A program made the translations under genes and the position numbers. Positions 20,609 through 34,097 of a stretch of 64,000 bases of DNA are shown piece by piece. Each line of letters starts with the position of its first letter. The first letter of the stretch is position 1. The notes below the pieces were generated by a model. The model ran no database searches, was not told the DNA's origin, and saw only the letters and a list, made by a program, of their open reading frames with translations. The DNA comes from an uncultured Chloroflexia bacterium (GTDB taxonomy: Bacteria; Chloroflexota; Limnocylindria; Limnocylindrales; CSP1-4). Location of the stretch: contig CAWHXD010000008.1 of assembly GCA_963833225.1 (NCBI GenBank), positions 416,001 to 480,000 of the forward strand. Reading direction: 5' to 3'.

Positions 20609-20720
20609 TACGGGCGGCGCACGCCCGCGAATCCGGGTGACGGAGGCCGTAGACTAGCCGGCATCCGCTGCCCCGGGGCGGCAGCCGGCCAACGGAAGGA
20701 GGATCGGCGCTCCAGCGCAA

Positions 20721-21191
20721 ATGAGCAGTCTGATGGACCTCGTCGCGGGCGACGCCCGTGACATCGTCCTGGTGCTCTCCACCGACGACAACGCGGCGTT
20801 CGCGGACACGGACCGCTTCGTCGCCCACCTGCCGCTCGGTGGCGGCCTCGATCCCACGTGGCTGGACTTGTTCAGCGAGGCCGTGCGCTCGGTGAGCGCG
20901 AACGAGGAGATCATGGACTTCCTCGACGCCCGGTCGGAGCTCGATGGCGCCGCCTCCAGCTCGGAATGGATCGTGGACCGGGTGGACCCCGACTGGATCG
21001 AGGCCGTGGCGAAGCTCCCGGATGAGCAGTTGGGAGCGCTCGCCGGCCGCTGGATCGAGCTGCTCGAGGAGGAGCTGGGGCTGCTCCCCCGGGAGGAGAA
21101 ACCCTGGATCCGCGACCTCGCCGGTCGGATCGTCGCGTTCTCCCGGGCGGCACTGGGGGCTCGCGACATCGTCTTCGCCTGGGCCTTCTGA
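20721..21191 (+). CDS. Acidic hypothetical protein
   Basis: 156-aa ORF with coding-like composition; AAGGAGG upstream. Confidence 0.7.
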   Translation: MSSLMDLVAGDARDIVLVLSTDDNAAFADTDRFVAHLPLGGGLDPTWLDLFSEAVRSVSANEEIMDFLDARSELDGAASSSEWIVDRVDPDWIEAVAKLPDEQLGALAGRWIELLEEELGLLPREEKPWIRDLAGRIVAFSRAALGARDIVFAWAF

Positions 21192-21236
21192 CTTCCGGCC
21201 CTCCCCGCGGGCAGCGCAACTGCGCATGCTTCCGCC

Positions 21237-21911
21237 ATGGACACCCCCGACGCCTTCGTCGACCGCCCGGACCTGCACCTCGGCGAGGCACCCGTCGGTG
21301 CCCGGCCCGGCGATCCGCTTCCGATGTCCGTTCGTGGCTTCCGCATCCTCAATCGCTTCCTGATGGTGCCGTTGACCCGGGTGGGACTGGGGGCGTGGCT
21401 CTCGTCGCCGGTCGGAGGCGCCATGGTGCTGCTCCGGATCCGGGGCCGGAAGAGCGGGATCGTGCGTGAGACGCCGCTCAACTACGTGATCGCCGAGGGA
21501 TCCCTGTGGGTCATCGCCGGGTTCGGGCCGCGGACGGAGTGGTATCGCAACCTGGTTGTCGATCGGCGCCTGGAGGCGGTCCTGCCCGGCCGGGTGGTCA
21601 CCGGCACCGCGACCGAGGTGCGTGCGCCCGCCGTCCGCCGGCGGATCATCCCGGCCCTGCTCCGGTCGACCGCAGCCCCGTCGCTGCTCGCGGGCCTGGA
21701 TCCGTGGCACACCCCGGTCGATCAGCTGCTGGAGTCGATGGCGTACGTCCCGCTGCTGCGCATCGACCCGGACGACGGTCGCCTGACCCCGGGTCCCGAC
21801 GACCCCGGAGGACATGGCTGGATCTGGCGCCAGGCGCTGGTCCTGGCCACCACCCTGGTCGTCCTCCGTCGCGTCGCCAGGTTCGCCCGTCTCGTTGGCC
21901 GCTCGGCCTGA
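21237..21911 (+). CDS. Deazaflavin (F420)-dependent nitroreductase family protein
   Basis: GRKSGIVRETPL and WYRNL motifs of the DDN/DUF385 family. Confidence 0.82.
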   Translation: MDTPDAFVDRPDLHLGEAPVGARPGDPLPMSVRGFRILNRFLMVPLTRVGLGAWLSSPVGGAMVLLRIRGRKSGIVRETPLNYVIAEGSLWVIAGFGPRTEWYRNLVVDRRLEAVLPGRVVTGTATEVRAPAVRRRIIPALLRSTAAPSLLAGLDPWHTPVDQLLESMAYVPLLRIDPDDGRLTPGPDDPGGHGWIWRQALVLATTLVVLRRVARFARLVGRSA

Positions 21912-21975
21912 CCGGCTCGCTCCCGCTGTCGTCCCTGCCCGCGGCCACGCCGCCGCGGTTGACCGCGACGCGGCG

Positions 21976-22461
21976 CTAGGGCTGCGGGTAGCCCAGCGCC
22001 GCCCAGGCCGGTCCGCCGGGCTTCTCGATCAGCTCGACCAGCACCCCGTGGCAGGACCGGGGGTGGAGGAAGGCGACCGGTCCCTCCGCACCCTTGCGGG
22101 CGACCGTGTCGATCAGCTCGATCCCGTCCATCTCCAGGCGCATCAGGCTCTCGGCGATGTTGTCCACCTCGAAGCACACGTGATGGAACCCCTCACCCTT
22201 GCTCGCGAGGAAGCGCGCCACGCCAGTGGAGTCGTCGTCGGGCTGGACGAGCTCGAGCTTCGACTCGCCCACCGGGAGGAACGCGATGGTCACCCGGTCA
22301 TGCTCGATTGGCAGGATCAGGTCCACAGCCAGGCCGAGCATGTCGCGCCACAAGCCGAGCGACTCGTCGATGCTGCGGACGATGACGGCGACATGGTGGA
22401 CCTTGCCCAGCTGCCGGATATGGTCGGGCAGCCCGTTGACGCGTCGCGTGGGATCGCTCAT
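21976..22461 (-). CDS. mce: Methylmalonyl-CoA epimerase
   Basis: HHVAVIV, KLELVQP, GEGFHHVCFEV, FLHP, GVLVELIE. Confidence 0.93.
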   Translation of the reverse strand: MSDPTRRVNGLPDHIRQLGKVHHVAVIVRSIDESLGLWRDMLGLAVDLILPIEHDRVTIAFLPVGESKLELVQPDDDSTGVARFLASKGEGFHHVCFEVDNIAESLMRLEMDGIELIDTVARKGAEGPVAFLHPRSCHGVLVELIEKPGGPAWAALGYPQP

Positions 22462-22476
22462 GGCGGTGCCTCCCGT

Positions 22477-24201
22477 TCAGACGGTGATCAGCTCGCGGTG
22501 GACGCCCCAGGTGGCCCGGAGCCGGTCCGCGATCTCGCCCACGGTGGCATACGCGGCGACGGCCTCGATGATCACGGGGAGCAGGTTGGTGTCGCCGCGC
22601 GCCTCGGCCTCGAGCCGGCGCATCGCCGCCTCCCAGGCGGCCGGGTCACGCTCGCTGCGGACGCGCCGAACGCCCTCGACCTGGCGTCGCTCCCCCTCCG
22701 GGTCGATGCGCAGGAGGACCGGCCGGGAACCGGGCTCGTCGTCACGGAACTGGTTGACACCCACGACGACGCGGTCACCACGCTCGATCTCGCGCTGGAC
22801 GCGGTAGGCGGATTCCTGGATCTGGCGCTGCTGGAACCCGCCCTCGATGGCCGCGAGCGTCCCGCCCATGGCGTCGATCTCGGCCAGGTAGGCGGTGGCT
22901 GCCGCCTCCAGCTGGTCCGTAAGCGACTCGACGAACCACGATCCGGCCAGCGGGTCCGGCGTCTCGGTGACGCCGGCCTCGTACGCGATGATCTGCTGGG
23001 TCCGCAGCGCAAGGCGGGCCGACTCGACCGTCGGCAGGGCCAGGGCCTCGTCTCGCGAGTTGGTATGGAGGCTCTGGGTGCCGCCCAGCACCGCGGCCAG
23101 CGCCTGGAGCGTGGTCCGGACGACGTTGTTGTCGATCGACTGCGCGGTCAGGCTCGAGCCCGCGGTCTGCGTGTGGAACCGGCACATCAGGCTCTTCGGA
23201 TTCCGGGCGCCGAACCGCTCGCGCATGATCCGCGCCCACATCCGGCGGGCAGCCCGGAACTTGGCCACCTCCTCGAACAGCTCGGACCAGGCCGCGAAGA
23301 AGAAGGAGAGCCGGGGCGCGAAGTCGTCCACGGCCAGCCCGCGGCCCACGGCCGCCTCGACATAGGCGATCCCATCCGCCAGCGTGAACGCCAGCTCCTG
23401 GGCAGCCGTCGCCCCGGCTTCGCGCATGTGGTAGCCGGAGATGCTGATCGTGTTCCAGCGGGGCAGCTCGCGCGAGGCGAACTCGAACACGTCGGTCACC
23501 AGCCGCATCGAGGCGCGGGGTGGGTAGATCCAGGTCCCTCGGGCGACGTACTCCTTGAGGATGTCGTTCTGGGTGGTGCCCGACACCTTCGCCCGCTCGA
23601 CACCCTGCCGCTCCGCCGCCTTGACATAGAGCGCGAGCAGGATCGGCGCCGTTGCGTTGATGGTCATCGAGGTGCTCACGGCCCCCAACGGGATCCCCGC
23701 GAACAGCGTCTCCATGTCGGCCAGCGACGAGACCGGCACGCCGACCCGGCCCACCTCCCCATCCGACTCCGGGGCGTCCGAGTCGTAGCCCATCTGGGTC
23801 GGCAGGTCGAAGGCGACGGACAGCCCCGTCTGACCCTGGCCAAGCAGGTAGCGGAACCGCTCGTTGGTCTCGGCGGCCGTCGCGAACCCCGCGTACTGGC
23901 GCATGGTCCAGAACCGGGACCGGTACATCGTCGCTTGGACACCCCGCGTGAACGGGTACTCGCCCGGCAGGCCGATGTCCCGTTCCGGGTCCATCGCGGC
24001 CACGTCGGCCTGGGTGTAGATGTCCGCCACCGGGATCTCCGATGTCGTCACGAAGGCGTCCCGTCGCTCGGCCGAGGCCGCGATGGCCTTCGCCCGCGTG
24101 GTCGTCCGCCAGCGCTCGACGTCGGGGCCCGCTGCCGCCTCGCGACCAGGCTCACCGGCGTCGCCGGCGGTCCCCTTCCCTACCCTCGCGTCCTCGTCCA
24201 A
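22477..24201 (-). CDS. Methylmalonyl-CoA mutase, substrate-binding large subunit (no cobalamin-binding domain)
   Basis: [14 protein letters not shown] (Tyr typical of MCM), [32 protein letters not shown]. Confidence 0.93.
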   Translation of the reverse strand: MDEDARVGKGTAGDAGEPGREAAAGPDVERWRTTTRAKAIAASAERRDAFVTTSEIPVADIYTQADVAAMDPERDIGLPGEYPFTRGVQATMYRSRFWTMRQYAGFATAAETNERFRYLLGQGQTGLSVAFDLPTQMGYDSDAPESDGEVGRVGVPVSSLADMETLFAGIPLGAVSTSMTINATAPILLALYVKAAERQGVERAKVSGTTQNDILKEYVARGTWIYPPRASMRLVTDVFEFASRELPRWNTISISGYHMREAGATAAQELAFTLADGIAYVEAAVGRGLAVDDFAPRLSFFFAAWSELFEEVAKFRAARRMWARIMRERFGARNPKSLMCRFHTQTAGSSLTAQSIDNNVVRTTLQALAAVLGGTQSLHTNSRDEALALPTVESARLALRTQQIIAYEAGVTETPDPLAGSWFVESLTDQLEAAATAYLAEIDAMGGTLAAIEGGFQQRQIQESAYRVQREIERGDRVVVGVNQFRDDEPGSRPVLLRIDPEGERRQVEGVRRVRSERDPAAWEAAMRRLEAEARGDTNLLPVIIEAVAAYATVGEIADRLRATWGVHRELITV

Positions 24202-24212
24202 CGGGGCCTCCG

Positions 24213-24862
24213 TCAGCTGATGACGACGAGCAGGTCGCCGATCTCGATGTTGACGCCCACAGCGACACCCACTCGTTCGATCGTGCCGTCCCTGGGCGCC
24301 CGGAGCTCGTTCTGCATCTTCATCGCCTCCACCACCAGGAGCTGCTGGCCGGCGGTCACGGCGTCCCCGGCCGCCACCGAGACCGCGACCACCTTACCCG
24401 GGATGATCGCCTTGACCTGCAGTGGTCCGACCTGTCCCCCAGTCGCGCGACCCTTGCTCGCCCGCTCCCGGAGTGCAGCCAGCCGCTCGTCCTCCGCTTC
24501 GACCAGGAAGCGGAACCCGTCGACGATCACCTCCCGGGAGCGGATCCCTCCGACGCCGGTCGTCGTGGCCTCCAGCACCAGGCGCGTGTGGGTGCCGGCC
24601 TCGACGAGCCGGTGATGCCCGTCGCCGAGCGGCAGGAGCTGGGCATCGGACGGGCGGTCGTCGACCAGCACGTGTCTTTGCGCAAGGACATCCCCCTCCG
24701 TCGGCGCCTCAGGAGACATCGTCACACCGCCGAGCGGTCCGTGACCGACACCCGGGTTGGTCATCCGCAGGGCCGGGGCGGGGCGCACCACGCGCATCGG
24801 ATGATCGTCGGGGTCCGCCGTCACCGAGGCGAGACGGACGCGGATGGCCCGCGGCTCAGGGG

Positions 24863-24866
<4 letters not shown>
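24213..24866 (-). CDS. Biotin carboxyl carrier protein
   Basis: EAMKMQNE biotinylation motif. Confidence 0.9.
24674..24689. repeat. 16-bp near-palindrome copy 1 (candidate parS), inside the BCCP gene
   Basis: GTCTTTGCGCAAGGAC, identical to copies 2-4. Confidence 0.75.
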
Positions 24867-26437
<1,571 letters not shown>

Positions 26438-26457
26438 CGAGGACTCCCTGGTGGTGC

Positions 26458-26473
26458 GTCCTTGCGCAAAGAC
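26458..26473. repeat. 16-bp near-palindrome copy 2 (candidate parS), intergenic
   Basis: GTCCTTGCGCAAAGAC, reverse complement of copy 1. Confidence 0.75.
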
Positions 26474-26485
26474 AGCACCTCGGGC

Positions 26486-28039
<1,554 letters not shown>

Positions 28040-28073
28040 GACCTGCTGCTCCCTCCGGGTCTGGGGCTGTGTC

Positions 28074-28089
28074 GTCCTTGCGCAAAGAC
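28074..28089. repeat. 16-bp near-palindrome copy 3 (candidate parS), pccB-parA intergenic
   Basis: GTCCTTGCGCAAAGAC, just downstream of a minus-strand TATGAT (28105-28110). Confidence 0.75.
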
Positions 28090-28240
28090 GTCGGGACGGG
28101 ACTCATCATAGAGGGGCGGAGGATCGCCGCCAGATCCGGACGGCAGGCCGTTCAGCCGCAGCACCCTCGTGTGTCGGTGTCGTGAACGGGATGTTGCAGC
28201 CATGTTTCCGTTTCCGCGGGGCATGCATTGGGGAGGCAGA

Positions 28241-28282
28241 TTATCCACAGAACGGTGTACAACTCGCATCATGTGTGGACAA
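28241..28282. promoter_or_regulatory. Two DnaA boxes upstream of parA
   Basis: Perfect TTATCCACA (28241-28249, +) and one-mismatch TTGTCCACA (28274-28282, -). Confidence 0.65.
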
Positions 28283-28377
28283 CCCGCCCACGGCCGCACC
28301 CGGCGCGGTAGCATGCGCACACGGCTCACCGTGAGCCACCCGGCCCCGTGCCGTTCCGATTTTCCGAGGTGGTGTCC

Positions 28378-29148
28378 TTGACGCACGTGATCGCGATTGC
28401 CAACCAGAAGGGTGGCGTCGGCAAGACGACGACCGCGATCAACCTCGCGGGTGCGCTCGCGGAAACGGGCCTGCGCGTACTCCTGATCGACATGGACCCA
28501 CAGGCGAACCTCACCGCCGGCGTCGGGATCAATCTCAACACCGTCGACCGCTCGATGGCGGACGTGCTCGCGGACGGCCGATCGACGCTCACCGAGGCCA
28601 TTCTCCCGACGGAGACCACCGGCATTGATGTCGCGCCCGCGCACATCGATCTCGCGAGCACCGAGGGCGAGCTGTTCACCGCGCTCGGCCGCGAGTCCAT
28701 CCTTCGCGAGGCCATGCGCGAGGCCATCGATCCCTACGACTACGTCCTCATCGACTGCCCGCCCAACCTCGGCCTGCTCACGGTCAACGGGCTGGTTGCC
28801 TCCGAGAGCGTGATCATCCCGGTCCAGACCCAGTTCTACGCGATGAAGGGCCTCAACAATCTCGTGAAGGTCATCAACGCGATCCGCCTCAAGCTCAACC
28901 GGGACATTCGCGTGCTGGGCCTGCTGCCCACCTTCTTCGACGGACGCACGAACCTCGCCAAGGACATGCTCGACGAGCTGCGCGTCGTCGGTGATCACCA
29001 TGTCTTCAACACCATCATCCGCAACACCGTGAAGCTCGGCGAGGCCCCCCTCGTCGGCCGGCCAATCACGTCGTATGCCAGCGGTACCGAGGCCGCGAGG
29101 TCCTATCGTGAGCTCGCCCGGGAGGTGATCGAACTTGGCCAGGCATGA
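28378..29148 (+). CDS. parA: ParA/Soj family ATPase
   Basis: [11 protein letters not shown] deviant Walker A, DMDPQAN, IDCPP; TTG start after GAGGT. Confidence 0.94.
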   Translation: MTHVIAIANQKGGVGKTTTAINLAGALAETGLRVLLIDMDPQANLTAGVGINLNTVDRSMADVLADGRSTLTEAILPTETTGIDVAPAHIDLASTEGELFTALGRESILREAMREAIDPYDYVLIDCPPNLGLLTVNGLVASESVIIPVQTQFYAMKGLNNLVKVINAIRLKLNRDIRVLGLLPTFFDGRTNLAKDMLDELRVVGDHHVFNTIIRNTVKLGEAPLVGRPITSYASGTEAARSYRELAREVIELGQA

Positions 29149-30148
29149 CTTCCGCGCCGCAGCCGCCCGTCGACTGTCCGAGGATCGCGAGCTCCCGCCG
29201 GCGATCGTCAGCCTCCTGTCGCCGGAGACGACCCATCGCTCGACCGGCGTCAAGGTCGTCCCCGTCGACCGGATCGAACCCAACCCCCAGAACCCACGCC
29301 TGTCCTTCGAAGAGGGCACCCTCGAGGAGCTGGCCGCCAGCATCCGCGAACATGGTGTCCTCCAGCCGATCCTCCTCCGCCCGTCCGGCGAGAACCGCTT
29401 CGAGCTGATCGCGGGTGAACGCCGCTGGCGGGCGTCGATGCTGGCCGGCATGCTCTCAATCCCCGCGCTGGTCGAGGAGATCGACGACGACACCGCTCTC
29501 GAGATCTCGATCATCGAGAACCTCCAGCGGGAGGACATCTCGCCGCTCGAGGAAGCGGTGATGTTCGACCGGATGGTCAAGGAGCATGGCTATAGCATCC
29601 GCAAGCTCGCGGAGAAGCTGGGCAAGGACAAGGGTTATCTCGAGAACCGGCTGCGGCTTGCCGACGCCCCGCCCGAGATCCGCGAGCTCGTGTCTTTGCG
29701 CAAGGACACGCTGTCCCACGCCTACGAGCTGATGAAGGTCCAGGACCCCCGGAAGCGCCGGAGGCTCGCCGAGCAGGTTGCCCGCAACGAGCTGTCCCTG
29801 GTCAAGCTCCGGGAGCGGATCGAGGGTCGTCCTGCGCGTCGACCCGCGCCCGATGCGGCCGCCGAGGACCAGCTTCCGATGTCCGGCCTTGCTGACGCTG
29901 ACGACGAGCCCGGCGACTGGGCAGCCCATCAGGGCGCCGCGGAGCCGGTGCAGGACGACTCGCTGGTGGTCGCGAAGCAGCAGCTCAACAGCGCGGTGGA
30001 GGACCTGATCGACCTGATCCGGAACCCCGAGGTGCTCGAGGCCATTGGCTCAACGGACCGGTCCAACCTCGCCAAGTACCTGACCATCGCGAAGCTCCGC
30101 CTGGAGAATGCGATCGCGGTCGTGCGGACCGGGGACCCCGACCGCTAG
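29135..30148 (+). CDS. parB: ParB/Spo0J family CTPase and DNA-binding protein
   Basis: [43 protein letters not shown]. Confidence 0.94.
   Translation: MARHDFRAAAARRLSEDRELPPAIVSLLSPETTHRSTGVKVVPVDRIEPNPQNPRLSFEEGTLEELAASIREHGVLQPILLRPSGENRFELIAGERRWRASMLAGMLSIPALVEEIDDDTALEISIIENLQREDISPLEEAVMFDRMVKEHGYSIRKLAEKLGKDKGYLENRLRLADAPPEIRELVSLRKDTLSHAYELMKVQDPRKRRRLAEQVARNELSLVKLRERIEGRPARRPAPDAAAEDQLPMSGLADADDEPGDWAAHQGAAEPVQDDSLVVAKQQLNSAVEDLIDLIRNPEVLEAIGSTDRSNLAKYLTIAKLRLENAIAVVRTGDPDR
29692..29707. repeat. 16-bp near-palindrome copy 4 (candidate parS), inside parB
   Basis: GTCTTTGCGCAAGGAC; extends to 22-bp CGTGTCTTTGCGCAAGGACACG (29689-29710). Confidence 0.75.
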
Positions 30149-30186
30149 AGGCCCGCCAGGCCCCCGCCCACCCGTCCCGGCAAGAG

Positions 30187-30218
30187 TGAAGCCGGCGCCG
30201 ATACCGGCGCCGGCTTCA
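30187..30218. terminator. Strong hairpin between convergent genes
   Basis: TGAAGCCGGCGCCG-ATAC-CGGCGCCGGCTTCA, 14-bp perfect stem, no U tract. Confidence 0.6.
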
Positions 30219-30265
30219 TGAGTGCTGGCCGCCCAACTGGGCAAAGGCGGCAGAACTGTCTGTGG

Positions 30266-30822
30266 TCAGCCCCCCGAGGGCTTGCCGTGGCCGTGGGCCT
30301 TGCCGGCGGCGGCCTTCGCCGCGGCCTTGGCCGCCTTCTGGGCGGTCTTCTCGGCGGCCTTCGCGGCGCCCTTGGCGGACTTCTCGGCGGCCTTGGCCTG
30401 GTCGGCGGCGGTGCACTGCTCGAGCGTCACGGTCGCCGGATCGACGATGCCGGTCAGGTGGGCGACGCAGGAGACGAAGGCTCCGTGGTTCGCAAAGCCC
30501 TCCGGGGTCTCCATCTGGGCCGCCGCGGAGACCATGGACCCGTGGGTGTCGGTCCCCGATCCGTCCTCGGTGGCGGGCGCCTCGGTCGGATCGGCCGGCG
30601 TCCGCGTCCTGGTCGGTGTCCTCGTCCTGCTCCGTGTCCTCGTCCTGGTCGCGTGTCCTCGGGAGAGGCGGTGGGCTCGGCGGCAGGGTCGGACTGCGCG
30701 ACCGGTGCCGTCGCCGGGGCGAAATGGGGCGCTCCGGCAAACACGGCGCCCGCCGAGAGGGCCAGGACGGCGAGAGCAACGGCGAGGCCGCGGAAGCGGT
30801 GAAGCAGATGGACCACGGACAT
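30266..30822 (-). CDS. Secreted low-complexity protein (acidic middle, Ala/Lys-rich tail), apparently frameshifted
   Basis: Signal peptide MSVVHLL...SAGAVFA, DQDEDT repeats and NHGAFVS/KAA tail lie in different frames; GAGGAG upstream. Confidence 0.6.
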
Positions 30823-30966
30823 AGAAACCCTCCTCGGGTCAGGCTGGTTCGACACTCACAATAACGCTGGTGACGCCCAATGCGTTAGGCGTACCTCCGT
30901 TCTGAGGCACCCCGGACCAATGGGGTTTCGCGCACGCACCACCTGACCGGGGTGGGGTCCAACCGG

Positions 30967-31878
30967 TCAGGCAGCCGGGAGTGCCGCTGAGGCGCCCACG
31001 GCACCCAGCCATGCGACCGCAAGGAGCCCGGTCCCGATCGCCTGGACCTCCCACGCCAGCTCCCGGAGGCCAACGCCGTCCCGGCCGGCTGCCATGATGC
31101 CGAGGACCGCACCGCCGAGCGGGGTGACCGACGCCGCCAGCACCGCCACCACCCATCCCATCGGTGCCCCGACGTAGGCCGCGGTCGCGGTCGCGAGCAG
31201 GGCCACGACCGCATGGAGCACGAGCACCAGGCCCGAGGCGCCCGTCCGCCCCAGGGCCAGGGCGATCGAGCGGTTCCCAGCCGCCTCGTCGCGCTCCATG
31301 TCCACGATGGCATTGGCGATGGCGAGCGCGGTCCCGGCGTTGGCGGCGGCCGGGACGAGCACGAGGAACAGGCCCGGGAGCGCCCCCGTCGCCCCGAACC
31401 ACCCGTACACCGGCAACAGCGGGATCCCCACCGCGAATGGCAGCCACGAGAACGTGGTGCCCTTGGCCCACAGGTCGTAGCCCAGCCCGATCCCGAGGAT
31501 GAGGGTCGCGAGGACGAACAGCGCGGGTCCGCCCACGAAGGCGAGGAACAGGCCCACGGCGCCACATGCCGCCGCGGCGATCCCCGCCTCGCGCCTGGTC
31601 ACGAGACCGTCGGGGATGGGCTTGCCCGGCTTGCGACCGGCGTCGGCGGGGGCATCGACCACATCATTGACGGCGCCGATCGCGAACTGGATGGCCGTCA
31701 TGGAGCACCCGAGCAGCAGGGCCGTGGCCAGTCCCCCACCGGCAACCAGCGCGATCAGCGCCACGACGGCGCCGTCGAGCACCGACGGGAACGGGTGGAC
31801 GAGCCTGAGCGCCGCGATCACGCGGGCCGGATCGACCCGCCCGGAGCGCAGGGCCTCCACCACGCCGGGAGTCGACAC
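30967..31878 (-). CDS. UbiA family prenyltransferase
   Basis: NDVVDAPAD...KPIPDG, NAIVDMERD; multi-TM. Confidence 0.85.
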   Translation of the reverse strand: MSTPGVVEALRSGRVDPARVIAALRLVHPFPSVLDGAVVALIALVAGGGLATALLLGCSMTAIQFAIGAVNDVVDAPADAGRKPGKPIPDGLVTRREAGIAAAACGAVGLFLAFVGGPALFVLATLILGIGLGYDLWAKGTTFSWLPFAVGIPLLPVYGWFGATGALPGLFLVLVPAAANAGTALAIANAIVDMERDEAAGNRSIALALGRTGASGLVLVLHAVVALLATATAAYVGAPMGWVVAVLAASVTPLGGAVLGIMAAGRDGVGLRELAWEVQAIGTGLLAVAWLGAVGASAALPAA

Positions 31879-31912
31879 CGGCCCGGTGGAGGGGCCCGGC
31901 GCCGCGCCCCCG

Positions 31913-32278
31913 TCAGACGTAGACGAGCTCGTCGAAGTTGGCGACCAGGAACTCGATCAGGCGCTGCCGTCCGTCCGCAACCTGGGACCGGATCCCGGGA
32001 ACGAGGGCCCACAGGGCGACCGCCGGCACGATCTGCCGGCCCTGGGCGTCCCGGCCGATCGTCGCGGGGGGTCCGCCTCCGGAAGCGAACACCCGTTCGA
32101 ATTCACGCTCGCTTAGCCTGGCCGCGGCCCGGAACTCCTCGACCACCCGGACAACACCTCGGCGGATCGCGACATCGCGCATCATCTCGGCGGCCCAGGC
32201 ATCGATCTGGGCATCGGACTGGTCCGCGAGCCGTGCGCGGTACTCGGTGGCGTCGGCTGAGAGGCCGGTGGCTCCCAC
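31913..32278 (-). CDS. Hypothetical protein
   Basis: 121-aa ORF with coding-like composition; GGAG upstream. Confidence 0.7.
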   Translation of the reverse strand: MGATGLSADATEYRARLADQSDAQIDAWAAEMMRDVAIRRGVVRVVEEFRAAARLSEREFERVFASGGGPPATIGRDAQGRQIVPAVALWALVPGIRSQVADGRQRLIEFLVANFDELVYV

Positions 32279-32343
32279 GGGTTCTCCAGGGCGGGCTTGT
32301 GCTGATCACCGAGGAGGATGCCACAACCGGCACCGCCACGGGG

Positions 32344-33121
32344 TCACGTTGCGCCGTCGTCCCCCCTGGCCGCATCCGGCTCGATGGCCGCCGCGTCCCC
32401 CGCACCAAGGTCCGGACGGGCGCCCTCCGGCCAGTCGTTGAAGACCTCGGTGAGCCAGCGGCCGAACCACCCGGGCGCCGACGGGTCCGGATAGTCGGCG
32501 ACCAGCGCTCGCAGCGCCAGCGCCGTCGCCTCCGTCATCGCCCGAACGGCGTCGCGGGACGGCCGGCCGGTGCCCTGGATCGGCTGCCCGACGCGGACCC
32601 GGATCGTTCGCCGGAAGCCCAGCCAGCTCGTCCCGTTGAGCGCGATGGGGATGATCGGCACGCCGGACCGGAGCGCGAAATAGGCCGTCCCCTCCGCCAG
32701 CGGCAGCAGCTCGCGCTCGCCCCGGTGGATCCTCCCCTCCCCCGCCACGGCGATGACCCAGCCATCGGCGAGCAGGCGCGTCACCCGGCGGGTGGTCTCG
32801 ATCAGGTCGTCCTTGGCCGGCCGGTACGGGATCGCCATCCCGGTCCACGGCGATGAGCCGGTTGCGGCCACCCGCGGACATGTCCTCCTCCTTGGGACCG
32901 AACAGGGCGTATCGAGGCTTGCCGGGCAGCGCCGCGACCAGCACGAACGGGTCGGTCCAGTTGAGGTGGTTGAAGCAGTAGATCGCGGGACCGGCGGCAA
33001 AGCGGTCCCGGCCCTCGATCCGCAGCCTGAACAGGGCCCGGACGACCGTGTAGCAGAACGCGCGGGTCAGCCTGGCGCGCCAGGGCCGGTCGATGGGGCC
33101 GGCCAGGGCAGTCGGGGTCAC
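32344..33121 (-). CDS. Lysophospholipid (PlsC-like) acyltransferase, +1 frameshift near 32848
   Basis: NHLNWTD (HxxxxD) in one frame; GEGR and GVPIIPIA in the next. Confidence 0.82.
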
Positions 33122-33218
33122 GCCGACGAGTATGGAGCGCCGCGCCGGACCGGAACAGGGCCGCACGGCACACGGGAATGGCCGCGCGGGCGGGGGCAGT
33201 GCCGCGCCACCGGCGCGA

Positions 33219-33893
33219 TCAGCTCGAGGGGGCCAGCGACCCGGGCACCAACTCCGCAAGGCTCGGCACGACGTGATCCGCGATCGCGTGCGCATCGGCC
33301 GGCGGGGGCACGCTCGCGTTCGGGACCAGGACCACGGTCATGCCGGCGGCCTTGCCGGCTCGCACGCCGTTGATGGAATCCTCCACCACGAGACAGCGTC
33401 CGGGTGCCACCCCGAGACGCGATGCCGCGAGAAGGTACACGTCCGGGGCAGGCTTGCCCATGGCGACCTCGTCGGACGAGACGATCGCCTCCATGTCGGG
33501 GCGCAGGCCGAGCGCCGCGATGGCGGCCTCGATCACGTCTCGGTGCGACGAGGACGCGATGGCCACCGGCAGCTCGGCGGCGATCCTGCGCACATGGGCC
33601 GGCGCGTCGTCGATGATCGGGGCGGGGTGCGAGCGGTACATTCCGACGACCCCATCCACGACCGCGCGCAGGATCTCGTCGACCTCGAGGTCGGGCACCC
33701 CGAGGCGCGCCTGCATCACCTCGGCCCACTCGACCGAGTTGCCGCCCATGCACAGCGCCTGGTCCTCGTGGGTCCAGGGACGGCCATGCGCCCGCGCAAA
33801 GGCGATCCGGACCTCGTTCCACCACGGCTCGCTGTCAACGAGGACACCGTCCATGTCGAACAGGACGGCGTCGAACGGGCGGGGGGTGGTCAC
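33219..33893 (-). CDS. HAD family phosphatase
   Basis: FDMDGVLVDSE, GKPAPDVY, VEDSINGV. Confidence 0.92.
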   Translation of the reverse strand: MTTPRPFDAVLFDMDGVLVDSEPWWNEVRIAFARAHGRPWTHEDQALCMGGNSVEWAEVMQARLGVPDLEVDEILRAVVDGVVGMYRSHPAPIIDDAPAHVRRIAAELPVAIASSSHRDVIEAAIAALGLRPDMEAIVSSDEVAMGKPAPDVYLLAASRLGVAPGRCLVVEDSINGVRAGKAAGMTVVLVPNASVPPPADAHAIADHVVPSLAELVPGSLAPSS

Positions 33894-34024
33894 GGTCGCC
33901 TCCTGTGGCCGGACGCTCGGCAGGCAGGCCCGGATCTGGGACACAGGCTAGCAAATCGCGACCGGTGGGGGCCGCGCGGCTTGGTCGGAACCTGACATCG
34001 GGCCTGTTCGCCGACCGGCTGACG

Positions 34025-34060
34025 CGGGATGATGGCAGCTCGCCGATACGGGATGATGGC
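34025..34060 (+). promoter_or_regulatory. 12-bp direct repeat upstream of envelope-stress operon
   Basis: CGGGATGATGGC at 34025 and 34049 (24-bp period). Confidence 0.4.
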
Positions 34061-34097
34061 GGCTGGCAGGGGCGGCCGGAGGGAGGACTGGGGAGCG

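Noticed and set aside
28040-28200. Cobalamin riboswitch upstream of the mutase operon
   Set aside because: No B12-box seen and the predicted leader is only about 60 nt
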